A DNA stretch of 63,851 nucleotides, the filler included, from Olpidium bornovanus S191 (lineage: Eukaryota; Fungi; Olpidiomycota), in NCBI GenBank assembly GCA_017911155.1. It is 27 parts of 27 records of this genome, joined end to end, with 100 filler letters (N's around TTAATTAATTAA, not from the genome) between each part and the next. Parts side by side here need not be neighbours in the genome. Positions count along the whole stretch, not along the records: positions 12,597 to 14,114 come from JAEFCI010004418.1; positions 14,215 to 16,126 come from JAEFCI010000756.1; positions 16,227 to 17,940 come from JAEFCI010003547.1; positions 18,041 to 20,693 come from JAEFCI010009937.1; positions 20,794 to 24,278 come from JAEFCI010006705.1; 22 more parts are not named here. One strand, given 5' to 3'. The stretch's first letter is position 1. The number at the start of each line of letters is the position of its first letter. Under the pieces are notes generated by a model. It was not told the DNA's origin, ran no database searches, and saw only the letters and a program-made list of their open reading frames with translations. The translations under genes were made by a program, and so were the position numbers. Below are positions 12,598-22,871 of this stretch, one piece after another.

Positions 12598-13569
12598 ATG
12601 ACGGGACTGCAGGCGGTTGTCGACAGCCTGGGAAAGGAGAGAGACGAACTGCGGCTGAAGAACCGGGACCTGGAACAGGAGAACGACGACCTCCAGAGAC
12701 GTCACCGGTGCGAGCGCGCGCTCTCTCTTCGCCCGGTCGTTCCGCGGCCGTCCCCCCCCCTCCCCCCCCGCGTTTCCCTGTCCGCCGGTTCCTCGCTCTG
12801 ACTTGCTGCTGCCGTTTTTCCGCTCGTGCCGCCGTCGCCGCTTGCTCACAAGGGAAATCTCCACTTCGCTGCGCGACGCGGAGGAAAAGCTGTCGGCCGC
12901 GATAGAGCGGAACGCGATGCTGCAGCTGGAGCTGGAGTCCGGCGCCGGGCTGAAGGAGGAGATCCAGCGGCTGCGCGACGAGCTGCGCGACCAGTCCGAC
13001 GAGCTGGCGGTGCGGCGCGACCGCGAGCAGCATCAGCGGCAGCAACCCGGCGGCGGCAGGGAGGCTCCGGCCCGGAGACGCAGCAGCGCGGGCAACGGGT
13101 TTCCGGCGCCGCCGCCGTCGTCCACGGCGGGAGGCGCGCCGCTCGCGTTCCCGGCCACCTCCAAGTCCACCGCGGCGGTCACGCCCACCACGGGCTTCGG
13201 GGCCCTCAACACTCCCGCCCGGGAACCCGGCCCCGTCGGGCCCGTCGGCAGCGCAAACGTGAATCCGGTCCGCATGATTAGCGATGTGCTTGGCAGGGTC
13301 AAGGTAACGCGGGATGGACACATCCCGGGGCCTTGATCTTTTGCTTTTTTTTTCTTTTTTGCTTTTTTCGCGCGCGGGCGAGTTGCGGGATGCCTCGCCG
13401 CGTGACAAGGTTCAAACCTCGTCCCCCCCCCCCCCCCCCCCCCCCTCTCCCCCCCCTTTTTTTTTTTTTTTTGGGCCCCCCCTTTTTTTTTTTTTTTCGG
13501 GGCCCCCCTTTTTTTTTTTTTTTTTTTCCGTTTAAGCAGCGGCAGAAGTTGGCGTCGCGCTGGGTCTGA
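12598..13569 (+). CDS. nudE: NudE/NDEL1 dynein regulator, 5'-truncated
   Basis: RDLEQENDDLQRRHR|EISTSLRDAEEKLSAAIERNAMLQLEL...EEIQRLRDELRD..ELAVR matches the NudE coiled coil (RELEQANDDLER..AIERNAFLESEL..QRLKDE). The C-terminal VRMISDVLGRVK..KLAS resembles NUDE_C. Confidence 0.9.
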
Positions 13570-13626
13570 CCGGGTTTGCCCTATTAAAAGGTATGGAGGA
13601 AAGTGGAAGTGCTTAGCTGCTGACCG

Positions 13627-13643
13627 GTTTCCAACACCTTTCT

Positions 13644-13690
<47 letters not shown>

Positions 13691-13975
13691 GTCCGTCTCT
13701 CCATCTATCTCCTCCCTTCCTCGTATTCGGATATTCCGTGCATGGGCCCTTGGCGATGGGGGCGGAGACAGGGAAAGAGAATAAAAACAGAGAGAGAGAA
13801 AAAAGAGAAACAGAAAAAAAGATTGAGAGAAAAAGAGAAAGAGAAAAAAAGAGAGAGAGAGAAAAAGAGAAAGAGAAAAAAAAGAAAGAGAGAAAAAGAT
13901 AAAGAGGAAAAAAGAAAGAGAGAGAAAAAAAGAGAAAGGGAAAAAGGAGAGGGAGGGAGAAAAAGAGAAATAGTG
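13627..13975. repeat. (TC)n and AG-rich low-complexity tract
   Basis: Visible microsatellite and purine run. The F/L/S-rich ORFs here are artefacts. Confidence 0.9.
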
Positions 13976-14768
13976 AAAGCACTTCCCCTTTCCTTCCATG
14001 TAGTCACTCCAGACAGCGGGTAGGTAAATGCACAAGAAGACAGCCACACTTCTAGACACACGTGGGCTTCCGGTTAACGTGCGATCTAAGATTTAGCTTC
14101 TTTCCAATTGCACANNNNNNNNNNNNNNNNNNNNNNNNNNNNNNNNNNNNNNNNNNNNTTAATTAATTAANNNNNNNNNNNNNNNNNNNNNNNNNNNNNN
14201 NNNNNNNNNNNNNNCATGTCGCGGCTCTAGAGCTCTAATGCAGCCAATCCCTCCCCCTCCACCTCTTCCCTAAGAGGCCTTTCCGGTGTGCAGTGGGCGG
14301 TTATATGCCCGGGAACGTGATCGGCACAACCTGCCGCCGGCCACATACGAGACGACTGTGGAGCCGGCCGGCCCGTGCCCTGCAGAGGCGACAACGCGTT
14401 CCATAGCACTCGTGGCTTAGCCACTAACGCGATCCGAACACATGGCGGGTAGGAAGCATTCCGGCTGCTGTAGACGTGATCAAAAATTTATTGCAGCTTT
14501 TGTGGAGATGATTATGCTGCTGGTGGCAGGCGAACTTGCCCTTGGTGTGGACGCGGGGCACCGTGACGTTGTTTTCTTTGCACTCAAAGGACTGATTTCC
14601 CCCCCCCCCCCCCCCCCCCCCCTCCCCCCCCCCCCCCCGTCCCCCTTCCCCCCCCCGCGGGTTCGCGCCAAGACGGGGGGGGGGAGGGGAAGGAGTGAGC
14701 AGAGAGAGAGCGGGACGCGCGCGCGCGCGCGCTTGAGTTCGATAGGAGAAGAACTAAAACAAAAAAAA

Positions 14769-15662
14769 ATGATCTCGCAAGGGCCCGCGTTTCCACCCGC
14801 GCTGACCGCGCTGCTGCTGCCGCCGCTGCTGCTCGCCGTGCTCTGCTCGCCGATCAGCGCGCCCGGCGGCGTCGAGGCGGCTTTTTTCGCGTGGCCCTCC
14901 GGCGGCCGGGGGGCGTCCGCGCTGCCGCCGGCCGGCGTCCTCGCCGGCGGGCAAGAGCTGAAAGCGCCGTCCGCGGTCGGCCTGCGCGGAGCCCGGGCGG
15001 CCCTCTCGGCGCCCGGCGCCATCACGGGCGGCAGCGGCGGCGGGCCGGCGCCTTCTCCTCGGACCGGCGAACCCCGGCAGCAGCACCACCTGGGCGCGGG
15101 CCGGCCCCCGCGCCCCCGCGATCACGCCCGTTTCGACCGCGACGGCGGCGGAGGCGGCGGGGAGGCCGCCGGGCCCGGCCGCGCCGGCGGCGCGGACGCC
15201 GGCGCCGCGCCTTCCGGCCCCGTTCCGCTCGGGACCTGGCGGCGCGTCTACGTCGCCTCGCTCCACACCAAACCCGACCAGCAGGGCCGCGCGTTCCAGC
15301 TCACCCTGCCGGACCCGTGGGCGACCGGCTGCTACGCCGTCGACGTCGGCGCGGCGAGTTTCAGCGAGTTGCACCGCGACTTCCGCCTGGAGCTGTTCGC
15401 CGCGGAGGAGTGCCAGGGCGGCGCGGGGTGGGGGGGAGGAGGAGGAGGAGGAGGAGGAGTAGGAGGAGCGCCCGCGGTGTCGCTGCCGCCTCCGCCGCCG
15501 GCGCGGTCCGGCCCCGCTTCCCTCCAGACCGCCCTCGGCCCCGGCGGAGCGCCCGACGAAGGAGACCTGTACGCCCACGGCGGGAGGGCGGCGGACCGAA
15601 CCCGAGGCAACTTCCCGGGGCCTTTGCGCGTCCGCTCCGTCCGGTTCCAGCGGCTGCCGTGA
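14769..15662 (+). CDS. Putative secreted low-complexity protein with a small two-Cys C-terminal domain
   Basis: ATG at 14769 followed by a hydrophobic signal-like stretch (ALTALLLPPLLLAVLCSP), a Gly/Ala/Pro-rich linker, then WRRVYVASLH..GCYAVDV..LELFAAEECQG..VRSVRF*. Intronless with GC3-rich codons. Confidence 0.6.
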   Translation: MISQGPAFPPALTALLLPPLLLAVLCSPISAPGGVEAAFFAWPSGGRGASALPPAGVLAGGQELKAPSAVGLRGARAALSAPGAITGGSGGGPAPSPRTGEPRQQHHLGAGRPPRPRDHARFDRDGGGGGGEAAGPGRAGGADAGAAPSGPVPLGTWRRVYVASLHTKPDQQGRAFQLTLPDPWATGCYAVDVGAASFSELHRDFRLELFAAEECQGGAGWGGGGGGGGGVGGAPAVSLPPPPPARSGPASLQTALGPGGAPDEGDLYAHGGRAADRTRGNFPGPLRVRSVRFQRLP

Positions 15663-16326
15663 AGCCGGAGCGAGGGGCGCGATCGCCGGCAGACGCCGGC
15701 GTACGCCGTCAGTTCGGAGCGGAGGAAAAACCTAGACAAAGTCGCTCCTCATAGAGGGACTAGATCTAGACTGCTACATATGAGCCACCCCGGGTCTCTT
15801 CCACACAGACGAGGTAGACTGGGACCGAGACACACACAAGCCCGAAGAAGAAAAAGACAAAAAAAAAGTAAATTAGGTACTCTCACCTGCGAAACACTGG
15901 GGAGTACTCACACGGCGAAACACCAGATACATACCTACTTCGTAATCCCTTGCTACATAGTCCGAATTCCATTCGTGCCGATGAGCCCGCGTCCTACGCA
16001 GCTCCTGGAGTCCGTCCTCCTTCCGGCACATAACCTAATGGCGTGGTCCTCAAACCCCCATCACCCCCCCCCCCCCCCCCCCCGGGGGGGGGGGTTTTTT
16101 TTTTTTTTTTTTTTTTCCCCCTTCTCNNNNNNNNNNNNNNNNNNNNNNNNNNNNNNNNNNNNNNNNNNNNTTAATTAATTAANNNNNNNNNNNNNNNNNN
16201 NNNNNNNNNNNNNNNNNNNNNNNNNNAGGCGAAAAAAAACAATAAATTGGTCGGCCGTTGGGGGTGCGGGAGAAGGGGAAGGGGAGGTAGAATGCGTCTG
16301 TGAGGAAAGGGGGGGGGGGGGGGCGG

Positions 16327-16384
<58 letters not shown>

Positions 16385-16473
16385 CGATTTCCTCGCAAAC
16401 CGCGCAGATTTTTTTACTTTTTTTTTATTTGTTTTCCTGACGCCCACCACCCGCACCAATTTCTAATTCCAGA

Positions 16474-17832
16474 ATGCTGAACCGAACTTTCGCGCTGACG
16501 ACGACCGGACAAGAAAAGACGCGGGAGGCCAAAAACCCGTTGCTGCCCGCGTGCGTCAAGTTCTTCTGGACGCTGTACGATCTGAAGTTGTGGCCCAAAT
16601 CTTCCGGCTGCCTCGACTGGCTCGAGTGGCACCACTTCGACGCGACAGTGCGCGCGCTGCGGGCATCGGCCGCCGGCGGCCTCCCGCCGCGCGCGCTCCA
16701 AAAGATGCTTCAGTCGGTCGTGTACGGCGCGGACGTGTTCGACCCGTACGACGCGCAGTGGCTGGCGGCGCTCGTCCGCCGGCACCTCAAGTTCGGCAAG
16801 GAGAAGCAGCAGAAGAAGCCGTCGCTCGCGTTCGACGCGGACGCGGAGTCGCTGGAGGCAGAAGAGGCGACCGCGAGCAGGTTCTCGGCGGTCGAGCGTT
16901 CCGTCGTCTCGCCGTGCTCTGAACAGGAGGCGGCCCGGCGGGAAGAGGTGGAATCGGCCGTGGCCCGCTACCTCGCGTTCCGGAGGGATTCCTCCATGGT
17001 CCTCCGCGGTCCGGACGCGGGCGCCGCGCTTTCGCTCGCCCGCGACGCGCTGGACGAGGCGACCGGGGCGGCCTCCGGGCTGGACGTCCCGACGGGCGCG
17101 CATTTCGAGGACCGGATACTTGCGCAGGAGATCGCGTGCGCGCGGGGCCTGCTCGGGACCCTCGCGGAGAACCTGAAAGCGGCCCTCCGAGAAACGCGCG
17201 GCGGGGAGAACGCCTCGAGCGCGGGTTTCGCCGAAAGCCGGGCGGCGGAGGAGGAGCGCGCCCGCGGACCCCGGCGGTGGTTCGACCACCTCGAGCTCGC
17301 GCCCGCGGCCGTGCTGCGGGCAGCACGGGACGCGGCCGACCGGGTGGCCTATCTGAGTTCGTGGCAGGAACTGGGGTACCCGCCCGGCGGGATCGTCAAC
17401 GTGGCGAGGCTGGGGCTCCCCGGCTTTCTTTTCACCTGCCTGAGGTTCACGTACGGGAGCGCGTGCGGCCGGTCGCCGGAAAAAGTCTTCATGCTTTTGA
17501 CGGAGCCCGCGCAGAAGCGGAGGGCCGGCGATCACGAGTATTTTCTCGACGGGCTGCACGTGACGGCCGCCGTGATGGGACCGGGGGGTCTCGTCGAGAA
17601 CAACACGTCCGGGCGCGTCTGTTGGCCGCTGCCGGTCATGCTCTTATCGTTCGCGGACACGGCGCCGGAACCGCCGCTCGTGGAATGCCCGCTGTACGGC
17701 GCGGCCACAAAGTCTTCCGTCTTGCTGCGGCCGGGCGAATACATAGGAGCCGCGTACCTGCCGAGCACCCTGCCGGTCGAGCGCGTGCGAGAACTGAACG
17801 TTGCCGTATCGTGCCGCCCCTTTACGTTCTAA
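16474..17832 (+). CDS. Highly divergent dynein heavy-chain C-terminal region (AAA lid + C-terminal domain), last exon
   Basis: 452-aa ORF. LQSVVYGADVFDPYDAQWL resembles GE.NYGGRVTD.WDRRLL. EYFLDGLHVTAA..PLPVMLL..ECPLY..AYLPST..VAVSC resembles GVYI.GLFLEGA..PMPVI..Y.CP.Y..DLPT..GVAL.C. Confidence 0.7.
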   Translation: MLNRTFALTTTGQEKTREAKNPLLPACVKFFWTLYDLKLWPKSSGCLDWLEWHHFDATVRALRASAAGGLPPRALQKMLQSVVYGADVFDPYDAQWLAALVRRHLKFGKEKQQKKPSLAFDADAESLEAEEATASRFSAVERSVVSPCSEQEAARREEVESAVARYLAFRRDSSMVLRGPDAGAALSLARDALDEATGAASGLDVPTGAHFEDRILAQEIACARGLLGTLAENLKAALRETRGGENASSAGFAESRAAEEERARGPRRWFDHLELAPAAVLRAARDAADRVAYLSSWQELGYPPGGIVNVARLGLPGFLFTCLRFTYGSACGRSPEKVFMLLTEPAQKRRAGDHEYFLDGLHVTAAVMGPGGLVENNTSGRVCWPLPVMLLSFADTAPEPPLVECPLYGAATKSSVLLRPGEYIGAAYLPSTLPVERVRELNVAVSCRPFTF

Positions 17833-17876
17833 GCCTTCCCTGTAATTTTTTCGCGACGGCCGTGCGAACCGCACCG

Positions 17877-17922
<46 letters not shown>

Positions 17923-18590
17923 CCCCCCCCCCCCAACCCCNNNNNNNNNNNNNNNNNNNNNNNNNNNNNNNNNNNNNNNNNNNNTTAATTAATTAANNNN
18001 NNNNNNNNNNNNNNNNNNNNNNNNNNNNNNNNNNNNNNNNCATGCGCGCTCGTTTTGTCGCGGGCCAGCTCCTCGAGAGGAGAGATTTATTTGAAGAAAG
18101 AATTTCCGTTTCTGTATTGTTCAGAATGACGGGATGAGGGTTCGAGTACCAGAGGAACAGACGGAGACCGCGGGGAGGGGTCGGGAGTGTGGGTTGGGGG
18201 GAAGAGAGGGGGGGTTGTGGCTGAAATAAGGAGAAAAAGTGACCTCGGCCTTCAGACCAGATACACTTGCGCTTTTTTTTGAAGGGGTTCTCGCAGAGTT
18301 GCTTACCTGCCTGACTTACTCTCTAGTCTGTGGTCCCCTTGGGGTTGGCCAGGTTCAATGATTCCAGTGTGGAATCAAAGAAGGCTTACTTGGTTTTCGG
18401 GTTTAGGGGTTTTCCGGTTTTCGGGTTTTCGGCGCCGGTTTTCTGTGCGGCCGGCAGGGAGGGGGAGCTCTAGGCGAGGAGCCCACCACCCGCACTCCCC
18501 CCCCCTCTCTCCCCGTCCCCACGCCACACTCTCTGCCACCCACGCCACACTCTCTGCCACCCACGTTGTGCGGCTATTAGTATTCACGCA

Positions 18591-18822
18591 TCCCAGACCC
18601 TGATCTTACCACCAGCAGGAAAGACCAAAGCTGAAAATTTTGACTCGACGAAGGCTTTTGAACGAGCCTAAGATCAGCCAGATCCGATGATGGAGTCCCG
18701 ATGAACGGTGCACTTAAACGTGACCACCAGAAAAGTGAAAATGGTTCTTTCAGTTTTCACTGTACCCCCAGTATCTGATCTTACCACCAGCAGGACAGAC
18801 CAGCGCGGAAAATTTTGAAACT
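18591..18822 (+). repeat. Pair of about 55-bp direct repeats (possible retroelement internal/LTR debris)
   Basis: CTGATCTTACCACCAGCAGGA.AGACCA..GC.GAAAATTTTGA occurs near 18600 and 18776. A 21-bp tandem duplication lies at about 18517-18564. Confidence 0.7.
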
Positions 18823-18929
18823 TAGCAGGCGTATTATACTGGTGGGCTCGAACGTCGGGGTTACGGTGGTTTTCTTTGTTTATTATTCTTCCAGCGGGTG
18901 GGCGGGAAGCAGCGCGGGCTATCGGCGTA

Positions 18930-19634
18930 GTCAAGTTGATGCTGCGGACTTACCTCGGGACAAGCGAAGGAGACTGGCTCGCCGCAATCCCACTCCTCGA
19001 GTTTGCCCATAACGTGACACGACACACGATAACAGGAGAATTCCCTCACATGTTGGCGCCAGGAACGGACCTCCGCGGACTAGATTGCGTCTGGAAAAAC
19101 ACGCCCTTGGCCTTTCTCTCTGCGACTTTGGAAAGAGCGCGGGCCGCTCTCGAAAAAGCGCAAAAACAACAAGAAAAGGCATACAATACCCGACGGAAGC
19201 TCGTGCGATTCGCAGTCAACGATCACGTTTTCCTCCGCCGAGAAGGCCTCCTGAGACACGAGGAAAAACTGCTTGCACGTAACTACTGTGCACCATTTAT
19301 TGGACCATTCCGCGTCCTGGCAGTCGATCAGGCACATGACAACTATATGCTAGACCTGCCCGCCCGCCTCCGCGTACATCCAGTCTTCCGCATCTCCCTC
19401 CTTTGCCCCTATCATGATTTGGACTGCAAAAAACGAGTTAATCGGCCAGAAGCAGACGAAGAAGGTGAATATGAAGTTGACAAGATCATCGGGATGCGTA
19501 CCCGCCACGGCAAGCGCCAGTTCCGCGTCCTTTGGCTCGGTTATGACAGATCGGAAGCCACGTGGGAGGATGAAGACAAACTGATAAACGCTCGAGAAGC
19601 CGTGGCGGAGTACCTCGACCGCACCCCCGAATAA
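18930..19634 (+). mobile_element. Ty3/Gypsy chromovirus remnant: integrase C-terminal half, GPY/F motif and chromodomain
   Basis: DWLAAIPLLEFAHN, RFAVNDHVFL, PFIGPFRV, LPARLRVHPVFRISLL, EYEVDKIIGMR..QFRVLWLGYDRSEATWEDEDKL. The DDE core upstream is missing. Confidence 0.95.
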
Positions 19635-19779
19635 CAAGCTCACCTTGGAAAGCGGCGATCACCCCAGTGTCGTAATCGCCAACCGGCGAGCCACGCGAGT
19701 CAAGACCCGATTCAACGTCTTTATTGCTAGCAGGCCCCGTGTCATCATCGCCCGAGGGCTCAGCGTGCCTGCAAAGTTC

Positions 19780-20640
19780 ATCATCGCCCAAAGGCTCAGA
19801 GCGCCGAGTATCCGGCGCAGATCCGAGGCCTTTGGCGGTGATGAAAGACCATAAGCGTGTCGGAATGGCATGCGCCATGGTGACACAGCCGGCGTGGCCC
19901 TCTGGGAAATCGATGACCTCAGTTCCGTGAGGCTCCATGTTGGCGAAGAAAAACAACATGTTGTCTTTCAGTGGAAAAAAGGCGCCGTGTCCCAACAAGA
20001 TGAACTCGCTGCCGACAATCCCGGAACGTTCCATGCAAACGGCCAGGCACAAATGATTGGCATCATGGTCTATGTGGACGCGCGGTTCAAAAACGAACAA
20101 AACAGCCGGAATCAGACAAGGCGAACAATGTGGACCCAGAAACGAACGATAAAGACACCGCTTACTTGGTAGTTGTGCATCGCCCGCATTGGCAAAGGCG
20201 CATCCGGAAAAGCGCTGTGGAAAGCCGCAACCTCGTCACTCAGGCAGGAGTTGTGAGCTTCCACGTGAGCCAGGAACTCCTTCGCCAGGCCATGCTGCGC
20301 CGAGCAATTGGCACGTGTCATCAGGCCCTCCGGCTCCTTCTGCAGCACCGGCTTCGCCAGATAGCTGTGCAGCTCACGCACGCCACGAGGGCTCGCCAGG
20401 CCGAACCCTGCCATGCATCCTCCTGTGCGCCCTCCCGTCAGATGCTGACGGTGCCGGTGCCGGCTCCGGCTCACCCCCATCTGGGGCTTCATCAAGACCA
20501 GGCACCTCTGAAGCCACCGGTTGGCCGTGGTCGCGGTGGCAAAGCCGCGACAGAAGCCGCCAACAACGGCCATCGTCTCTCGTCGAAGATCCAGCACTCG
20601 CACATCTGCCTCGTTGGGTCGACGTTCTGCAGGCACGAAA
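19780..20640 (-). pseudogene. Copy 1 of a dispersed degenerate coding family, candidate TET/JBP-like 2OG-Fe(II) dioxygenase
   Basis: Homologous to 53224-53943: FFFANMEPHGTEV vs SFFANLEPHDTGV (9/13 identical), and GCVTMAHAIPTRLWSFITAKGLGSAPDTRRSEP vs GRVTTGHTIPSRLWNFITAKGCGLAPDTRHFEP (23/33). HID at 20068-20076 and a distal His at 19927-19929. The repeat is observed; the function is inferred. Confidence 0.5.
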
Positions 20641-20793
20641 GGTCAATCAACTAGGATGAAGCAGGCGCAAGGGAGGAGCCCAAACTCGACATGNNNNNNN
20701 NNNNNNNNNNNNNNNNNNNNNNNNNNNNNNNNNNNNNTTAATTAATTAANNNNNNNNNNNNNNNNNNNNNNNNNNNNNNNNNNNNNNNNNNNN

Positions 20794-21760
20794 CATGGAA
20801 GGCCGGTACCGGCCGAACGCCCGGGCATTTCTCTGCAGGAGCCGCGGCAGCAAGCTCTGCGGAAAACGAGTATTTCGCCGCGGACGGAAGCGTAGTCCGC
20901 GAGGGATAGGAGTTCAGCATCTGACTGAGTTCAACGGCGTCGATGTTTTCCGAAAAGAAGGGGACCGGCGTTCGCGGCCTCATAGTCCCCGATCTGCCGA
21001 TCGATAATGACCGCAGAGTGGCATCCGAGACCGGCCCCTGCGCAGCCGAAGCAGCGGAGCAGTCTCTCGCAAAAGACTCGCGCTCCGCGGCAGCGGTTTC
21101 GTCTTTCCCGGACTTTCTCTCGCGACTCGTGCTACGTGCCGGCGCAACGACGCCAGGTTCCCTTTTGCGCGCGGCTCTTCCTCGGCTTGAATGGCGGCTC
21201 GCCGACAAGTTTTTCAACGCGGAAGGTGCCCCAGCGTGGTCCAGGATGAAAGTCGCCGTCGCCGATTCCTGCGCGACGGTCGCGCTCGCGTTCGCCACGG
21301 CGCGCTCGGCCTCGACGTGCGAACGGGCGCCGGCGCCCGGCATCCGCAGTCCTAACCGCTGGCATCGCGCGCCGTTTAAGAGTTGCAGCGCGGCAAATTT
21401 CGCAACAGCGCCACACACGTGCACACACACACACACACAAAAAAAAGAAGAGAAAAAAAATAGAAAAAACCGGGTTCGGCGTTTTTTCTGTTACCGCGGC
21501 GACCTCGTTCAGCCTCGGCCACCACCCCTCGGTGCTCCGGAGCAACGACAGCCGCAGGAGGGCCCTGTAATACACGGTGTCGGCCTCGGGATCCAGTCCG
21601 ATCCCGCGAAGGACGGTCTCGTACGCGCGCAGAACGGCGAAGAAGGGCGGATCGCCGTCGTCTCGGCGGGAGGCCTTCCACTCGGTAAAGGCCTCCGCGA
21701 CGATCGCGACGAGGACGTTCAGGTCGCCCTGGCCCAGCCGGACGCCGTCTGGAAAAAGAC
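20794..21760 (-). CDS. Sfi1-like spindle pole body/centrosome protein, N-terminal part
   Basis: PPFFAVLRAYETVLRGIGLDPEADTVYYRALLRLS..WW resembles the fungal Sfi1 N-terminal block (PFL..F.AY..IL..RG.DP..E.VYY..LLKL, recalled). W-repeats are not visible. Confidence 0.4.
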
Positions 21761-22112
21761 CGGGGGGGAAGAGGGGGGTGAGCCCCAGGAGGAAAGGCGG
21801 GAGGAACGCGTCTTTTTCGGTCGCACCGCGACCGGCGTCGCGGGCCTCGGGCAAGGTCGGCAGGCGCGTTTCCTTTTCATTCAAACAAATTTTTTTTTTC
21901 AGAGTCGGCGAGAGGCTCACCGGCGCCGGCGCACCGCCGCTCGGGCGCGGGGCGCAGGTTCTTCGGGCGCGGCCGGCGCTCCTCCCTGCCGTCGCGAGGC
22001 GGGCCGTGCCGCGCGGCGGGGGGGCTCATCGTCGCGGTCGCTGCTTTCTCCTCTCCTCGCCGTCGTCCCTCGTCGCAGCTCGCGGCCGTGCGGGCGGGGG
22101 GGGGGGGGGGGG

Positions 22113-22156
<44 letters not shown>

Positions 22157-22592
22157 GAACACCGCAAAGAAGAGAGAGAGAGAGAGAGACCACGGCGAAA
22201 AGAGTGCTGAGATCAACGAAGAAGAAGACAGCCCACCCTTCCCGCTTCGCCGGCGCACGCTCCGAGTCACCCACCCCGAGGCAACCTCTGCATCTTCTTA
22301 TTCTTCGTCTTCTTCTTCTTCCAAAGCCCACCCAACCTCCTCTCGTCATCTGGGCGGAGGGGGGGGGGCAGAGAGTTTCGGCGCCGGCGAGAGCGAGAGA
22401 GAGCGGGTTGGTTTCCGTGTCCGTCCGCCGAGGGGGGGGGGGGGGGGGGGAGGCGGGGGGGGGGGGGGGGGGCGAAAGCAGAGAGGCGTCGGCTGTGTTT
22501 TTCGCCTCTCACCCGCCCCCGCCGACGCCGGCACACGCCGCAGACGACCGCGCGCGCGCACGCGACCGGACCCGCACTCACGGCGTCGTTCC

Positions 22593-22840
22593 ATGAGGGC
22601 CGCGCCGCAGTTCTCCGCGGCCCGGACGCTCCCCACGCGCCGCCGCGCCCGGCTCCTGCTCGCCGTCCCCTGCGCCTGCTGCCTCGCTGCAGCCCCCCTG
22701 CTGCTGCTGCTGTTGTTCGCCGGCGGCCGCGTCCCGACCGCCGCCCCATCCTCCGCCGCCGCCGCCGCCGACGCCGCCGCCCGCTTCCCGGTGACGCCCG
22801 CGCCCGTCCAACTGCTGGCGAACCGGCCGGCCGCTGCCGA

Positions 22841-22871
<31 letters not shown>

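Noticed and set aside
14442-17996. Long overlapping antisense and alternate-frame ORFs (also at 27327-28172, 31876-32406, 62776-63750)
   Set aside because: They are shadows of GC3-rich coding sequence and stop-poor low-complexity DNA, with no recognisable motifs.
18391-18436. Telomere-like GGGTTTAGGGGTTTTCCGGTTTTCGGG
   Set aside because: Only one TTTAGGG-like unit, internal to the contig, with no array.
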